Counted from the stretch's first letter, positions 13,801 to 28,200 are shown. The stretch is DNA of 64,000 bases from Octopus sinensis (GCF_006345805.1 NC_043002.1:55862001-55926000), one strand, 5' to 3'. Notes: generated by a model not told the origin, from the sequence alone. A program made the numbers and translations.

Positions 13801-16800
13801 TTTCAATTAATCATGCATTATCTCATGGACTCAAGATTTCAAAGATGTGATTGTTTATTTTTGCAATAACATTGTAGGGTAGATGTGCAAGGTTGGTTCT
13901 GGTTAATTTGAATAGAAAAGGGGCAGAATATTTTGGCCAGGTCAAGCCAATTTGAATGCTAAAGCTTTAAACATGCATGTTTCCATGCATGCATGGCTCA
14001 GACGGAGTTTACTGAGAAAGGTTTTTTGTGACCAGAAGCCCCTTCTGTTGCCAAATCCTCCAGTTTCCAAACAACATTGGAAATAATGGACATCACTTGT
14101 ATGAAGGTGCCACTTGTTTGCAAGTATCACATGATGTCAAGACAAGAAGACACTCACACACAACCAACTTCCTTACATGCATACATGCATGCACACACAC
14201 ACACATACACGTAATGTGCTTCCTTCAGTTTCTGTGTACTAAATTCACTGACAAGGCTTTTGTCAGTCCAGGGCTATAGAAGACACTTGCCTAAAGTGCC
14301 TTGCAGTGGGATTGAACCCAGAGTCATGTGATTGGGAAGCAAACTTCTTACCACACAACAACGACACTTGTCAATACTTAGGCGCTTCTATTTGGTCACT
14401 GAATCAGTTTTAAGGGCTTTCCTGCACATTCTGGCAGTGCAGAACAACAAATACTTCATACCACTGCCTGCCATATTAGGGCAGCGAGAGCTGGCACAAT
14501 CATTGGCATGCTGGGCAAAATTGCCTCCTAACAGCTGCATTTCATCTATCTTTACATTTTGAAGTCAAATTCCACAGAGCTCAACTTTGCCTTTCATCGT
14601 TTTGGTGTTGCACTGGGGTCAATGTAATCAACTTACCTGCCCCCCTTGAAATTGTTGGCCTTGTGTTGATATTTGAAACTGACATTACTGCCTGCCTTAG
14701 TCCACCTCACTGACAGAAGTCATTCAAGGGAGATCAGTGATGTTGGCCTTGATTGAATAAATCTATGACTAAAGACATTCCTGTCTTTACCTAGCATATT
14801 ATCCAATGTGTTGCTCCTTTAGAACAAGAAACCTGTTCTGCTACAGCCTTTTTCTCTCATAACTTTATCCCTCTCTATTCTTTATTCTCCTAGCATAAAA
14901 AAACACTATTTTCTAATTTTGATAGCTGTATGATGATTCCACCAGTGCTGGTGCCACGTAAAAAAGCGTTGTGAAGTGGTTCACATTAAGAAGGCCCTCC
15001 AGCTGTAGAAACCATTCCAAATAGAGCTTGAAGTATGATGCAGTCCTTCAACTATTCCTTGGGCCAACCAAAGCCTTGTGAGTGGATTTGGCAGATGGAA
15101 ACTGAAAGAAGCCTATCATATCTATCTATCTATCCATTTATGTGCATCTGTTTGTCTGTGTTTATCTTTGGCTACCACTTGACAATCAGTGTCAGTTCAT
15201 TCATACCCTTGTGCACTTAGCAGTTCGGCAAAAGAAACCAATAGAAAAAGTATCAGGCTTTTAAAAAGAAAATTAGAATCGAGGTTGATTCATTTGAATA
15301 AAATTTCCTGCAGGTGGTACCCCAGCATGGCTACAGTCTAATGACTGAAACAAGTAAAGGAGAAAGTTTTCAGTTTAGAAACTTACAGTAATCGTGTGTT
15401 TAATATTTTTGTTCAAAATAACTAAATTTTCTTCCATTGTTTTATGTAAAGGCAAAATAGCGTCAGTGACATGGTTCCCATGTAAAGTTAGACCATTTTC
15501 AAGAACTTTAAGCTGAAAGAAAGAAAATAAATGGATACAGAATAGAGAAACAAGTGGCAGCTAGAAAGACAAGGGATTTGTGAAGGGTGAGAGAGTGAGA
15601 GAAAAAAAAACAGCAGATAAACAGAGAGAGAGAGAGAGAGAGAAAATGAGAGACAAAATAGATGGAGAGAGAGAGAGGCATAGAAACTGGGACAAGACAG
15701 ATGGGAGCAAGAAAGAGGAGAAGAGGGGGAGTATTTAAATGTCAGTTAAATGCTGGTAGGGACACCACATTTTGTTTTAAAACCATGGTATATTCTACCA
15801 AGTATATTAAAGGTTTATAAGCAATACTGTCATGTCCTTTTGTGTTAGCAGGGCATTGTTTTAACTATTTTAAAGTTTATATTTAGATACACATTCTTTA
15901 GAAAATCTGCAGAGACATACTTTAAATATCAAATAACAACGTTCAATGTCTACAGAGTAGGAAACATGAAATAGCATGGTAGTAGCATTAGTAGTGGTAG
16001 TTGCAGTAGTAAAGGGTAAGAACCCCCTTTTCGGGCATGAATGACTATGGGATTGCACCTAGAAAGTTCCCGTCCAAAGCACATGTCCGGGCAAGGTTGT
16101 TAATGGAAGAGCAGCAAACACCCAGGCATACCAGCCTTCCTTCTCCATACCACCAATGTTATCCTAGAGAAAGGCAAAGGCCAATACAACCTGGCACCAG
16201 TGATGCTGCAACTCATTTCTACAGCTGAATGAACTGGAGCAATGTGAAATGAAGTGTCTTGCTCAAGAACACAACACAACCCAGTCTGGGAATCGAATTC
16301 ACTGCCTCATGATTGTGAGGCTGACATTCTAACCACTGAGCCATGCACCTTCACATGTAGTAGTAGTAGTAGTAGTAGTAGTACATTTATAATATAATCT
16401 TGTAGTAGCAGTAACATTAGTAGTGGTAGTAGTAATAGTTAGTCCCCCAGTAATACAATGATAATTACATTCTTAATTAAGAGAGAATGAAATTAATGGG
16501 CAACAAAAGACAAAGACAGACTTACTTGGCGTAGCATGACAGCTTTTAATTCTTCTAAATGCTTTAATTCATCTGGGTATTTGGCAGCAAATTCTTGAGT
16601 AAAAAATGCCTAGAATAGCAAGAAATACATTTCGAAAATAACAGGAAAAGCCAAACGGAAGTGAATGGAAATTTGGTAATAAAAAATGAAGGCAAGGATA
16701 ATGATGATGATGATTAGGATGGTGGTGGTGGTGGTGGTGGTAGTAGTAGTAGTAGTGATAATGACAATGATGATTATGATGACAATGATGAAAATGTTAA

Positions 16801-17408
16801 AGATAATGGTCAGCATCTCTGCTGGTGCCATGTGTAAAGCATCTGTGTTGGCATTAGGAAGGGCATCTAGCCATAGAAACGATGCCGAAACAGACAATTG
16901 GAGCTTGGTGCAGCTCTCAAGCTCACCAGCTCCTGTCAAACTGTCTGACCCATGCAAGCATGGAAAATGCATGTTAAATGATAACGACGAGGAACACAAT
17001 GACAATGATGACAATGGCAATGAGAAGGCTATTAAAGCAAGTTACCTCTTGATATTTGGCTATGCCTCCATTCACAGTAGCATTGATAGTTCCCCTGAGT
17101 TTCATAGACAGCAAAGTAAGCTCGGTGGTAGGTTTGATCTGACATTTCTCTATTTGGATTATCAAATCTTTGGTCACCTGCTTCATCAGGTCAATTGCAC
17201 CTTCAATTGGAGTTAGGTTTTCAACATCGATGCTCTCCACTTCATACCAGCGGAGAATCCCAGGCAATTTTTCAACAGTCTTGATTATAGATCGCTCTAT
17301 ACAGAGAGTCTGGGAACAAAGAAAACACATATTTAGATATACATACACACACACATTTATATATATATACACATATATATATATATATACATACGCACAC
17401 ACATTTAT

Positions 17409-17455
<47 letters not shown>

Positions 17456-20400
17456 GTAGTAGTGGTAACAGAAAAGAGGAATTTCAATTATCCCCACATG
17501 GTGAGTTGTAATGTATATAAGAAATTAAAAAAGGAAAATCCGCACACTTACAAAGTTTTAATTTAATTTTTAATATATCGACCAGTTTTGCTATCGCTAT
17601 TTGTCCAACCCATGCTAGCATGGAAAACGGACGCTAAACGATGATGATGATTCATGAAGAAATTTTGTCCATGTTGTGTGTGATGAAATTCACAAGTGAA
17701 TGACTTCACAAGTAGATAAATAAAGGGAGGTAATTGGTTGTCATTATTATTGTTATTGTTGTGGGTAATGAGATAACTGTTCAGCTTTTGGTAATGGGAG
17801 GGGAATATATATGTTTACAGACAGAGACCAGTTTCAAAAACCTTGTTTAGTGAGGGGATTTATGTACAGTGATGTAAACGTGAATTGAAATGTGTAAAAA
17901 GATAAAAGTTGGTTATGCGTGCATATTAAGACGTGTTTTGTATTTTTCAATAAAAAAAAATTTCTTTATTTAAACATTCTAGTTGAGAGATTGTGTCTAT
18001 GCACTGGTAGAAAGGGAAAACTGTGAAATTTGGTTTGATGTTACCTGCACATTTTTCTATATGCTCACTGAGAGGAATTTGTCTGTATTGTGGGAAACGG
18101 ATTTGCTCTTTATGTAGAGTGGTTCTCTTTCTCAAGGTCATACTCATTTGTCCAATATAGTGGTGTCCGCAACCTGAGCAGGTTGTTACATAAATTAGGT
18201 TCTCAGAGGCACAAGTGAAACTAGTTTTAATTGTGAACCTCTGTCCTTGTTTGAAAAGGAAATCCGAGCCTTCAAGCAGGTACCCAGGTTTGAAATTTCC
18301 CCAAGACATTTTCCCTGATGAAGGCTGGAGGGTATATCAGTCAAATGTAAATAATGTAAATAATTCCTCATCTCTTAAATACAGAACCGGATATTATGTA
18401 TCTCCGAATATATTTTGTAACACACACTCCATCTAGTCTTCTGTAACAATATAATATTTTTTTGATGTATTCTTTTTTCACACTGAGGAGAACAGTAATA
18501 TGTAATCAATTTAATTATAATTAAATTAATTTCTAGTTTTTTCTTTACCATGTTGTTTACATGTTAATATTATGGTTTAAAATGATCATATGCATGGATT
18601 AAATTCTTTTAAAACTTTTAACACCATCTTTGTTGAGCTTCTATAGGATATGTGTTCTATAAATACTCATAACACACCTTTTATATATATATGTGCATAT
18701 ATGCATACATATATGTACATACCTACATATATATGTATATATACATGCATATATGGGTACAGGACATAAAAAAAAACGTACACAAAATGAGAAACGAGAA
18801 CATAGAAAACAAAACTTTTTTAGAACAATGCAAAAAAACAAACAGAGAAATGAGACATACAACATAAAGAACATTCCCTTCATCAGTTGTCCCCTGTTTT
18901 ATTTACTCCACTTTTGTTAAAACAGTCCTTCCTGCAAAGCAAATTAAATAAAATTTGGGATTTTTTGCAGAGGGTTAAAGTGGTAACAAAAACAGGACAG
19001 TGAGAACAAAACAGTAAAAACAAATGGTGAGGGCTGTTAAGCCAAGACAATGTGAAGTGGTGAACACTAGAAAAACGAGCTTTGAGAAGAGGTAGATAAA
19101 AGCACGTCTTGTCTTTAGGAACGAAGTGGAAGAAAGAAAGATGGGTAGCTGTTGGTCACATGTAAGCAATGGGAGAATCAAGGAGGAAGAGTGAGAGAGA
19201 GAGGGAATGGGGTAGGGGAGAGGAGAAGAATATGGAAAGGGTGGGAGAGAAAAGCAGAAAGGAAGAAGAACAAGAGAGGGAGATAGATAGATAGACAGAA
19301 AAGAGAATAAGAGTGTGCATCAAGTGTGCATACAAACAAACCCCCAGAGAAAATGAGAGGGTGTGAGAAGTGGATTGGGAAAAGTGAAGCAAAGAAATGA
19401 AAAAGAAGAAAAGAAGTTTCCTTACTTTAAACTCATTATTTTTATCTTTTTCTCCTCTGTGGTATGGTCGATCATAGAGAAACGTGTCCACTTCGTTGAC
19501 TTGATAGAAAGACTTCACTTCCCGAGGGATAGAAGGATTACTCAGCTCTCCTTGATCTACCTTGAAAGGTTTCACACAACTGATTTGGATGTCTTTTTGG
19601 GGAGTTAAGGAAATTTATGCAAAGATAATCAGATTCTTTTATGAACACAAAGACAGTGACACAACAAAACACAATCAGCCAGGAGGGCATTGGTGCCATT
19701 TTGCCAGCACACATGGTAAATGAAACAGTTTGGTACCAGGAGCAGCTGTGTGGATCCAGGTTCACTCCTTTCGTAATATCCTGTCACTTAAATTATGACA
19801 TTTGAACCTCAAGATTATGCCCTGGCATTTGCCACTATCTCTCTCTCTCTCTTCCTTTACTCAACCATCTCATTTATACTCTGATCCCTGTTCCTTGTGA
19901 GAATGCCTGGCATTTTGCCACCATCTCTATCCTTCTGTCTCTCATTCTCTCTCCTCCTGCACTTCCCTTAGGTTGGTCAACCATATATTTCCTTTGCAGT
20001 AGCATACTCGTTTCCGTCTTCATTCCTGATCTTTCACTCTCCAGCCAGGTAACCTTGTACTCCCTCTACAGCAAGACACCTATATCTGTCTTACTATAAC
20101 CATTTTATCATCACCTCCTCCAATGTCTCCTCCCCTCTTAAAAGTTTTTATTTTGCAAGTACTTGGTGACCCTGTCAGTGCAGGTACCACTTAAAAGCAT
20201 CCAATCCACATTGTAAAGTGGTTAGTGTTAGGAAGGGCATCCAGCTGTAAAAACCTTGCCAGAACTGACCTCACCTGTGCTTGTGCCGCTGAGTGGTTGG
20301 TGTTAGGAAAGGCATCCAGCTGTAAAAAATCCTGCCAAAACAGTCACAGAAGTCTGGTGCAGACTTTGGTCTGGCCAGCTCTTGTGGTACCGTCCCACCC

Positions 20401-21176
20401 ATGCTAGCATGGAACATGGACATTAATTGATGATGATGATGACCTGTGCCACAATTATGAACTTTTGATGGAAGATTTTAATTTAATTCACTTTGAAATG
20501 AGTTTGTATCAACAGAAGCTGGGACAATAATCCATTGGGTCGGAATTGAAAAGGTTAAGAAAGCAATGTGAGAAAGAATCAAGATTTATAGAGAGAAGAA
20601 CAATTTCAAATAAAAAGGATACATTGTTGATCCCCTTGTTTCATAGTGTCATCAGGAGGATTGTTGTGGATGAGTATAGTTGCATTTGGGAATTCAGTTG
20701 TTAAGTGACTCATAATCATTTGTAACTTGAGGTATTCATCACCACGATAAATAAATACTTTGTTCTGGTAAAAAAAAAAGAGAAAAAACAATAAAAATAA
20801 CAAAAACAACAAATGATTTATACTTCAAGTTTCATTACATGAAACATAATTTAGGGTACATTATATACATTTGACAGATATTTGTCCTTATCTTGTTTGT
20901 TGTTAACACGTTTTGGCTGATATACCCTCCAGCCTTCGTCAGGTGTCTTGGGAAAATTTCCAACCTGGGTTCTCATTCCTAGCGTATTTTTCGGCATTAC
21001 TATTATTATTACTCAGGTCACTGCCTGGAATCGAACTTGGAATCTTGGGGTTAGTAGCCCGCACTCTTAACCACTATGCCATATGCCTGTGGCTGAGTGG
21101 TTAAGAGCGTGGACTACTAACCACAAGATTCCAAGTTCGATTCTAGGCAGTAACCTGAATAATAATAATAATGATA

Positions 21177-21222
<46 letters not shown>

Positions 21223-22205
21223 TCAAAAAGTACCTTAGGAGTGAGAACCCAGGTTTGAAATTTCCCCAAGACACCTGATGAAGGCTGGAGGGTATATCAG
21301 CCAAAATGTGTTAACAACAAACAAGATGAGGACATAAATCCATCAAATGTAAATAAAGTACATAATTCCTCATCTCTTAAATATAGAACTGTATAATTTA
21401 GGGTATCAAACAGGGGCTGCAATCATTGGAAATGAATTATCATCTTCGTTTAACATCCACTGGTTTGGCAAGGTTTCTACAGCTGGATGCCCTTTCTAAG
21501 ACCAACCACTCCAAGAGTGTAGCAGGTGCTTTTTACCTGACATTGGTCTTTACTTATTATATATTGATTATTCATTTTTATACTTTTTGTGATCTAGTTA
21601 TATGTTTTAAAAAAAATATATTCTATTTTTTTATTTATGTTTTGGTTTATGTCTATCATTGTTTGAATTGCATAATAGTGGTTTTATCTTTAATTCATAT
21701 TTTATATATTTATATCGTGAAATTTGATTTAATACTAAATTGAATTTTTCCCTGTAAGTTTGGAGTTATACTCCCTAATATTATTATTATCATTATTATT
21801 ATTATTATTATATATATATATATCAGCTAGCATGGAAAGCGGACGTTAAACGATGATGATGATGATATATATATATATATATAAAATTAGAAAAAAACCA
21901 CCTTTTATCAATTCAAAATGAACAATTAAATTACACCATCTAGACAATTACATATTATATACGTTTTTATTATTATTTTTTGCAATTTACTTAATCTTTG
22001 ACATTTTATTGTTATTTTAATTTTCCTATTATATGTAATTGTCTAGATGGTGTAATTTAATTGCTCATTTTAAATTGATAAAAGGTGTTTTATTCTAATT
22101 TTTTATATATATATGTTATATTGTGTGAAATTTGATTTAGTATTTCTAAATTGAATTTTTTTCCTTGTAAGTTTGGATTTTATTCCCTCAAATAATAATA
22201 ATTAT

Positions 22206-22240
<35 letters not shown>

Positions 22241-25200
22241 CGGTGAAGCTTTACTATAACGTCATATATTATCGACTGCTATTTCCAGTAAATATTGGTG
22301 CATTGTTGTACCACTATTCTATGTGTGTGTGTGTGTATGTGTATGTATATATGTATATGCATGAAGACATACATAACAGGTAAACAGAAATTTTATGGTG
22401 GAACTTACCCTCAGGAATTTTGGGAATGTTTGTCCGAAGTAGGCAACACGGTAATATGAAGGGTCCTGCCTTAAAAATTGACCATCCAAGATATTCTCAA
22501 AGAACTTGGCTTCTTTTTGCTGTGGACAAAATGCAGACAGTTTAAAGTGACATGAATCTGGTTAACATAGATTATATTTAAATTCAATTTCCTTCTTAGG
22601 GAATTAAGTAACTATGAGGAGAAGGAGGAGCCACAGAAAGAGGAGGAGGATGCACAGGAAGAGAAGGATCCACAGGAACTTTTCTATGCTTGCATAGATC
22701 AGACAAGAGTAGATTGGGGGAAATATTTTCCATCGCTGAATGCCTTTCTTGTTGCCAACTTTCACAGGTTTTCAAATGGAGTAATACTAAACTCCATTGA
22801 GCAGCTAACAGTTTGGACATGCATTATACAGGGAACTGGAGACAAAAAACACTGTTTATGGTGTATTTTCAACAAAGATCCCGTAACATGTCAAGATATG
22901 TCACCAAGTTCAGATAGCCTTTCACGATGAACTGCAAACCAGAGACACAGAAAGGATGCCATTGTTTACAAACCAGCAAACAAAAAGGAAACACACACAC
23001 ACACACAATGAGCTTCTTTGGTTTCTGTCTACCAAATTCATTCTCAAGGCTTTGGTCAGCTTGGGACTATAGCAAAAGGCATTTTCCCAAAATGCCCTGT
23101 TGTGGAACTGAACCAGAAACCTCATGGCTGGGAAGCAAGCTTCTCAACCACACAACAATGCCAGCACAATTTTTTCCTTTCTTTTTCAGAATAAAAGAAA
23201 ATTGGTGAAAGAGTATTCTTTGAGGAATATTTCCACTTTGAAACATTATATAATTCTTCTCTTCAAGATGTGCTAGCCCATCCAAATTCAAAAGCATTTT
23301 TATTGTTCTTACTTCTAAAGCAACTCCACACAATGTAACACAACACCCCATCTCAAATTCTTGTGACCATATTTAATACTCTCTAATTGGAAACACCATT
23401 TTGTTCAGCTCTCTGCATTTCTGAATCCACTGACATCGGCATCTTTCCTCCCCTCCACTTAAAAACCAAAAAAATCTGTATTTCCAAACTATAATTTCCC
23501 TTCACACTTGAAACCATAGGTTCTCAAAGTGGGTGTTACCACCCCACTGGTGGGCGCTAGTGTCTAAGGGGACAGTGGAGGTAAAGGAGGTTTTGTGAGG
23601 AAGGCAGTGAATTGGGGGACACTATGAATTTATTATAATAGTATTGTATACAAATTATATAATATTAAATATCAAATGATTCATAGTATATATAAAATAT
23701 TTATTTATACATAAAAATAGGGGTGGGGGCGATGGGGGTATTATATGACCTCGAGGGTGGCTCAAAAAGTTTGAGAAACTCTGCTCTAAACACTTTTACC
23801 CAATCCTTTTCTTTCATAGAACTCTAATTCCTCAGGAAATCACTCCTTGAAGCTACTTTTCTCTCCAAACACTAAATTCCAACAACTTAGTTCCCCATGT
23901 TCTTTCTTCTTTTTCCTTTTTTTTGTGTTAATTAGTTTCAGGAAGAGAGTTGCAACAGAGTTTCTCCTGAGTTGAGCGGAATAATAATAAGATTTGTAGA
24001 ATAGCAGGTAGTTTGGTTGTGTCAATTGTGACTGCGAGACGTTCATGCCTTTTTCGTTAGTGTTAAAGACTGTAACCCTTTAGTATTTAAACCAGTGATG
24101 TCAAACCCAAATATTCCACCTGTTTTAGGTTCAAACTGGGCTAGATCAGGCTTCTTATGCTTGCCCTACAGTGTCATTCCAAAAGTTATAAGAATCATAC
24201 TGAAATCTCAAAACTACAAGACACTGCATGATTAATTCAAAACAAAGTGATAAATGAATATTACATTTAACAGTAATCTGAATGCTGAAGAGTTAAATAA
24301 ACCTCATTATGCTACAAAACTTTTTAATTATAGTTTTAATTTCCAAAACTACTTAATTATAGTTTTAATTTCCAAAAAGTCCAGGTATGTAGGCTTGATG
24401 GTTTATGAAGAATAAAGGTGTTATCAAGAGACATGCACAAACAACTGCAATGTAATTTGAACTCACAATCTGTGAGGTGATAGCTTAATTTCTTAAGCAA
24501 TCAGAAGTTTCTTCTCGGAATTAATCACATAATAAAGAGAAATAGCTACAGCCAGCTTCCTCCTCCTTCTCCTTCTTCTTCATCATCATCATTTAGCATC
24601 ATCATCTTCATCCTCATTTAGCGTCCATTTCCCATAGTTTGACTGGGACTGCTAAGCCAGAGAGCTATACCATGCTCCAGCCTGATTTGGCTTGGTTTCT
24701 ATGGTTGAATGCTCCTTCCTAATGCCAACCACTCCAAGAGTGTAGTGGGTGCCTTTTGCGTGACACCAGCACTGGCCATGACTACAGTTACACATGGCTT
24801 GACATGTCTTCTCAAGCACAGCAAATCACCAAAGCTCTTGATCACTTGTCATCAACTCCATGAGGCTCAACATCCATAGATCACGTTTCACCACTTCATC
24901 CCATGTCTTCCTGGGTCTACTTCTTCCACAGGTTCTCTCCAGCTCTTCTTTATGCAGCTGTCCTCATCCATACGCATCACATGACCATACCAATGCAGTC
25001 TTTTCTCTCTCTCTGTCTTACACACACACACACACACATACAGATTGTTAATTGGTTTTACATCCATTTTTCAATCTGAGCATGAGTTAGATGAATATAC
25101 TGAGGCACTGTTTTATAGCTTAATGCCCTTCCTGTGATTAACCTTTACTTGTGTTTTGATTATGGGTTCTCTTATTTCCTTGTCTTTGAAGGTGCAGAAT

Positions 25201-28200
25201 GAGTGAACAATTTGTTGACAGAGGAAGTGACAACAAGAGCACTGCATACAGATCATGATATTCGAATATTGCACAGGTAGGTTAAAAATTCAAATCAACA
25301 ACAGAAAAACAACTAAATACTCTAAGGAATTTGGTCAGACACTCTACAATTTCTGCCAAGTACATCCACTTTCTTTATATTTCTATATAAAAACAAGAAC
25401 AATACCGTTAATCTGTTGCCAAACGCAGATGACAACAACAAAACGGCATATACAACAGCTACTCACCAAAATCTCACTGAGTTTTCTGTAATCATACAGT
25501 TTAGTTTCATAGTGACATGCCAGTTCTTTACAGAGTGGAATTCCATATTCCCAGGCCTAAAAAGAACAAAAAAAAGGTAAAAAAAGTTACGTTATGGTCT
25601 TTTGTTTGTTTTTTTTTCAATACATTTTACTGAAGTTGGACAACTGAACAAACTGGACATGTACAACATTTCTTGATTTGTAACAATTCTTTCTAATATA
25701 GGCATAAAGTATGGAATTTTAGGGGAGGGCAGTAATCAATTACACTGTCACAGTATGCCACTGGTACTTACTTTATCAACCCTGAAAGGATGAAAGGCAA
25801 TGCTGGCCACAGTGGAATTTAAACTATAATATATATACACCTTGATCAAAAGATGGAAGATATGTGAGGGAGATCAAAAGATGAATAGCATTGGCAAAAA
25901 TCTGCATTCTCAAAATTGTATAACATCTTGAGAAACCAAACTCTGAGTATCAACACCAAGATCCAAGTATTGAATTGTGTTAATGTATGAAAGTGAGGTA
26001 TGGTCGATAGGAGTGGTTCCGAACCTTTCAAGCATGGTGCTGGTGGGATGTAATAAGCACCATTCAAGCGTGGGTCATGCTAGTGTCGCCTTACTGGCTC
26101 CTTCGTGCCGGTGGCACGTAAAAAGCACCATCTGAACATGGTCGATGCCAGTGCTGCCTGACTGGTGGCACCCACTACACACTCGGAGTGGCTGGTGTTA
26201 GGAAGGGCATCCAGCTGTAGAAACCCTGCCAGATCAGATCAGCCTACTGGCTTGCCAGTCCCCAGTCAACCCGGCCAACCTATGCCAGCATGGAAAACGG
26301 ACATTAAATGATGATGATGATGATAATGATGTTCCCAACACTTTTATTTTAATTACTTTTTCCATGGAGCCCTTTTAATTTGCTTATCCTTATGTATGTA
26401 TATATATATATGGGATTTTGAATTTAGTTCACGGACCCTCAGTACTACCTTTGCAAACCACCAGGGGTTTGCAGACCCAGGTTGGGAATCACAGGTCTAT
26501 AGCATCAGAAATGAGAAGATGCTTGGGGAGTAGGGAAATGTGGTTCTTAAGGAGAATATTGAGCATAGCATGGAGAGATAAGGGCCAAGCAACAGAGATG
26601 TCTTGGTCGTGTGATGAGGAAAGTGGGCCTGGAGAATTTTGTGAGGAGCAGAAAGATTGAAGGGAAAAGAAGTAGAGGAAGGAGGAGAATGATATGGATG
26701 TAAAGCTTGACGAACTGGTTGCTAGAAAGAGGCAATGGAAATGTTACAGAAAGCAAAGAATGGAGAATTGTGGAAGGCCATGAACACCTTTGTCCTACAA
26801 TATAGCTTAGTACATGTTAGCAAATCACTGGCTTGACTGAGTATTTTGCGGCACACTTTCACTCACTGATGTAGGTGTCTAGGTAGTTGTGAACAGACAC
26901 AGACACCATCTTTACCTTTCGACCCAGAAGAACATGGAAGATGGGACAACTGGAAGATGGGAGACTGGCCCAGGAACTGAATGCACAACCTTACGATTGA
27001 GAAACCAACACACTAACCACTAGACCATGTGCCTTGACATACATACAGAGATAGATATACGCACACATGCATGAGCGAGGTCATTGCCAGTACCGCCTGA
27101 GAGGCCCCCATGCCGTGGCATGTAAAAGGGCACCATTCGAGCGTGATCGTTACCAACGTTGCCTTACTGGCACCTGTGCCGGTGGCATGTGTAAAAAGAT
27201 TCGAGCGAGGTCATTGATAGTACCGCCTGACTGGCATGTAAAAAGTACCCACTACAAACTTGGAGTGGTTGGCGTTAGGAAAGGCATCCAGCTGTAGAAA
27301 CTCTGCCAGATCAAGATTGGAGCCTGGTGCAGCCATCTGGTTCACCAACCCTCAGTCAAAATCGTCCAACCCATGCTAGCATGGAAAACGGACGTTAAAC
27401 GATGATGATGATGATATATATACACACACACACACACTATGCTAAATATAAACAAGCCGCCAAATTCCCACCAGTGGCAGGTAATCAGTGTACACCTGGT
27501 CAAGGATCTGGGGGCAGCGGAGCTATACTTGAAGTGGGAAATAGGTCACAAAAGAGAAGAGAAAAATAAAAGATTGGTGCTGCTGGTGGTTGTGGTGAGG
27601 GTGGGAAATATGATATAAGGTACATGCGACACTTGTCCCCCCCCACACACACACACAGCTGTGCAAACGCATAAACATTGATAGCAATATGCATATACAC
27701 AAAAGCATAAGCACTGCTTACATACCATACACGGATATTTGTATAGAACAATGGGTACAGATCCACTCCTGCCTGCTAAGTGACACTCACACAAAGGGAG
27801 GTAATACAAGCAAGGGCAGAGAATCGGGAAAGAGAGGAAGTGAATAAAACATTTCAACACATGACTAATTATTATTTTTAAAAAATTGTTTCAGCCACTC
27901 GACTGTGGCCATGCTGGTGCACTGCCTTGAAGGGTTTTAGTTAAACAAATAATTTCCAAGATTTATTTTGTCTTTATTTTTTACTAAACTGCTGAGTTAC
28001 AGGGATATAAACCAACCAATATTGTTTACCAAATGGGGGTGGGGTACAAACAACACAAACATATATATATATAACACAGATGCACACACACACACACACA
28101 CAAATGCACACATATATATATATATACATGCACACACACACACACACAAATATATATATGTTCAATTCACAGTGGTTCAGCTAATCTTTTTTCAGTCATG

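Noticed and set aside
16610-17216. ORFs 16686..17216 (+) and 16610..17020 (-)
   Set aside because: Trinucleotide repeats plus an RTE tail and the antisense of a real exon.
21012-21160. Two tRNA-like sequences as tRNA genes
   Set aside because: No acceptor stem pairing, no long variable arm expected for Ser, no T-run terminator; they are heads of a TSD-flanked repeat.
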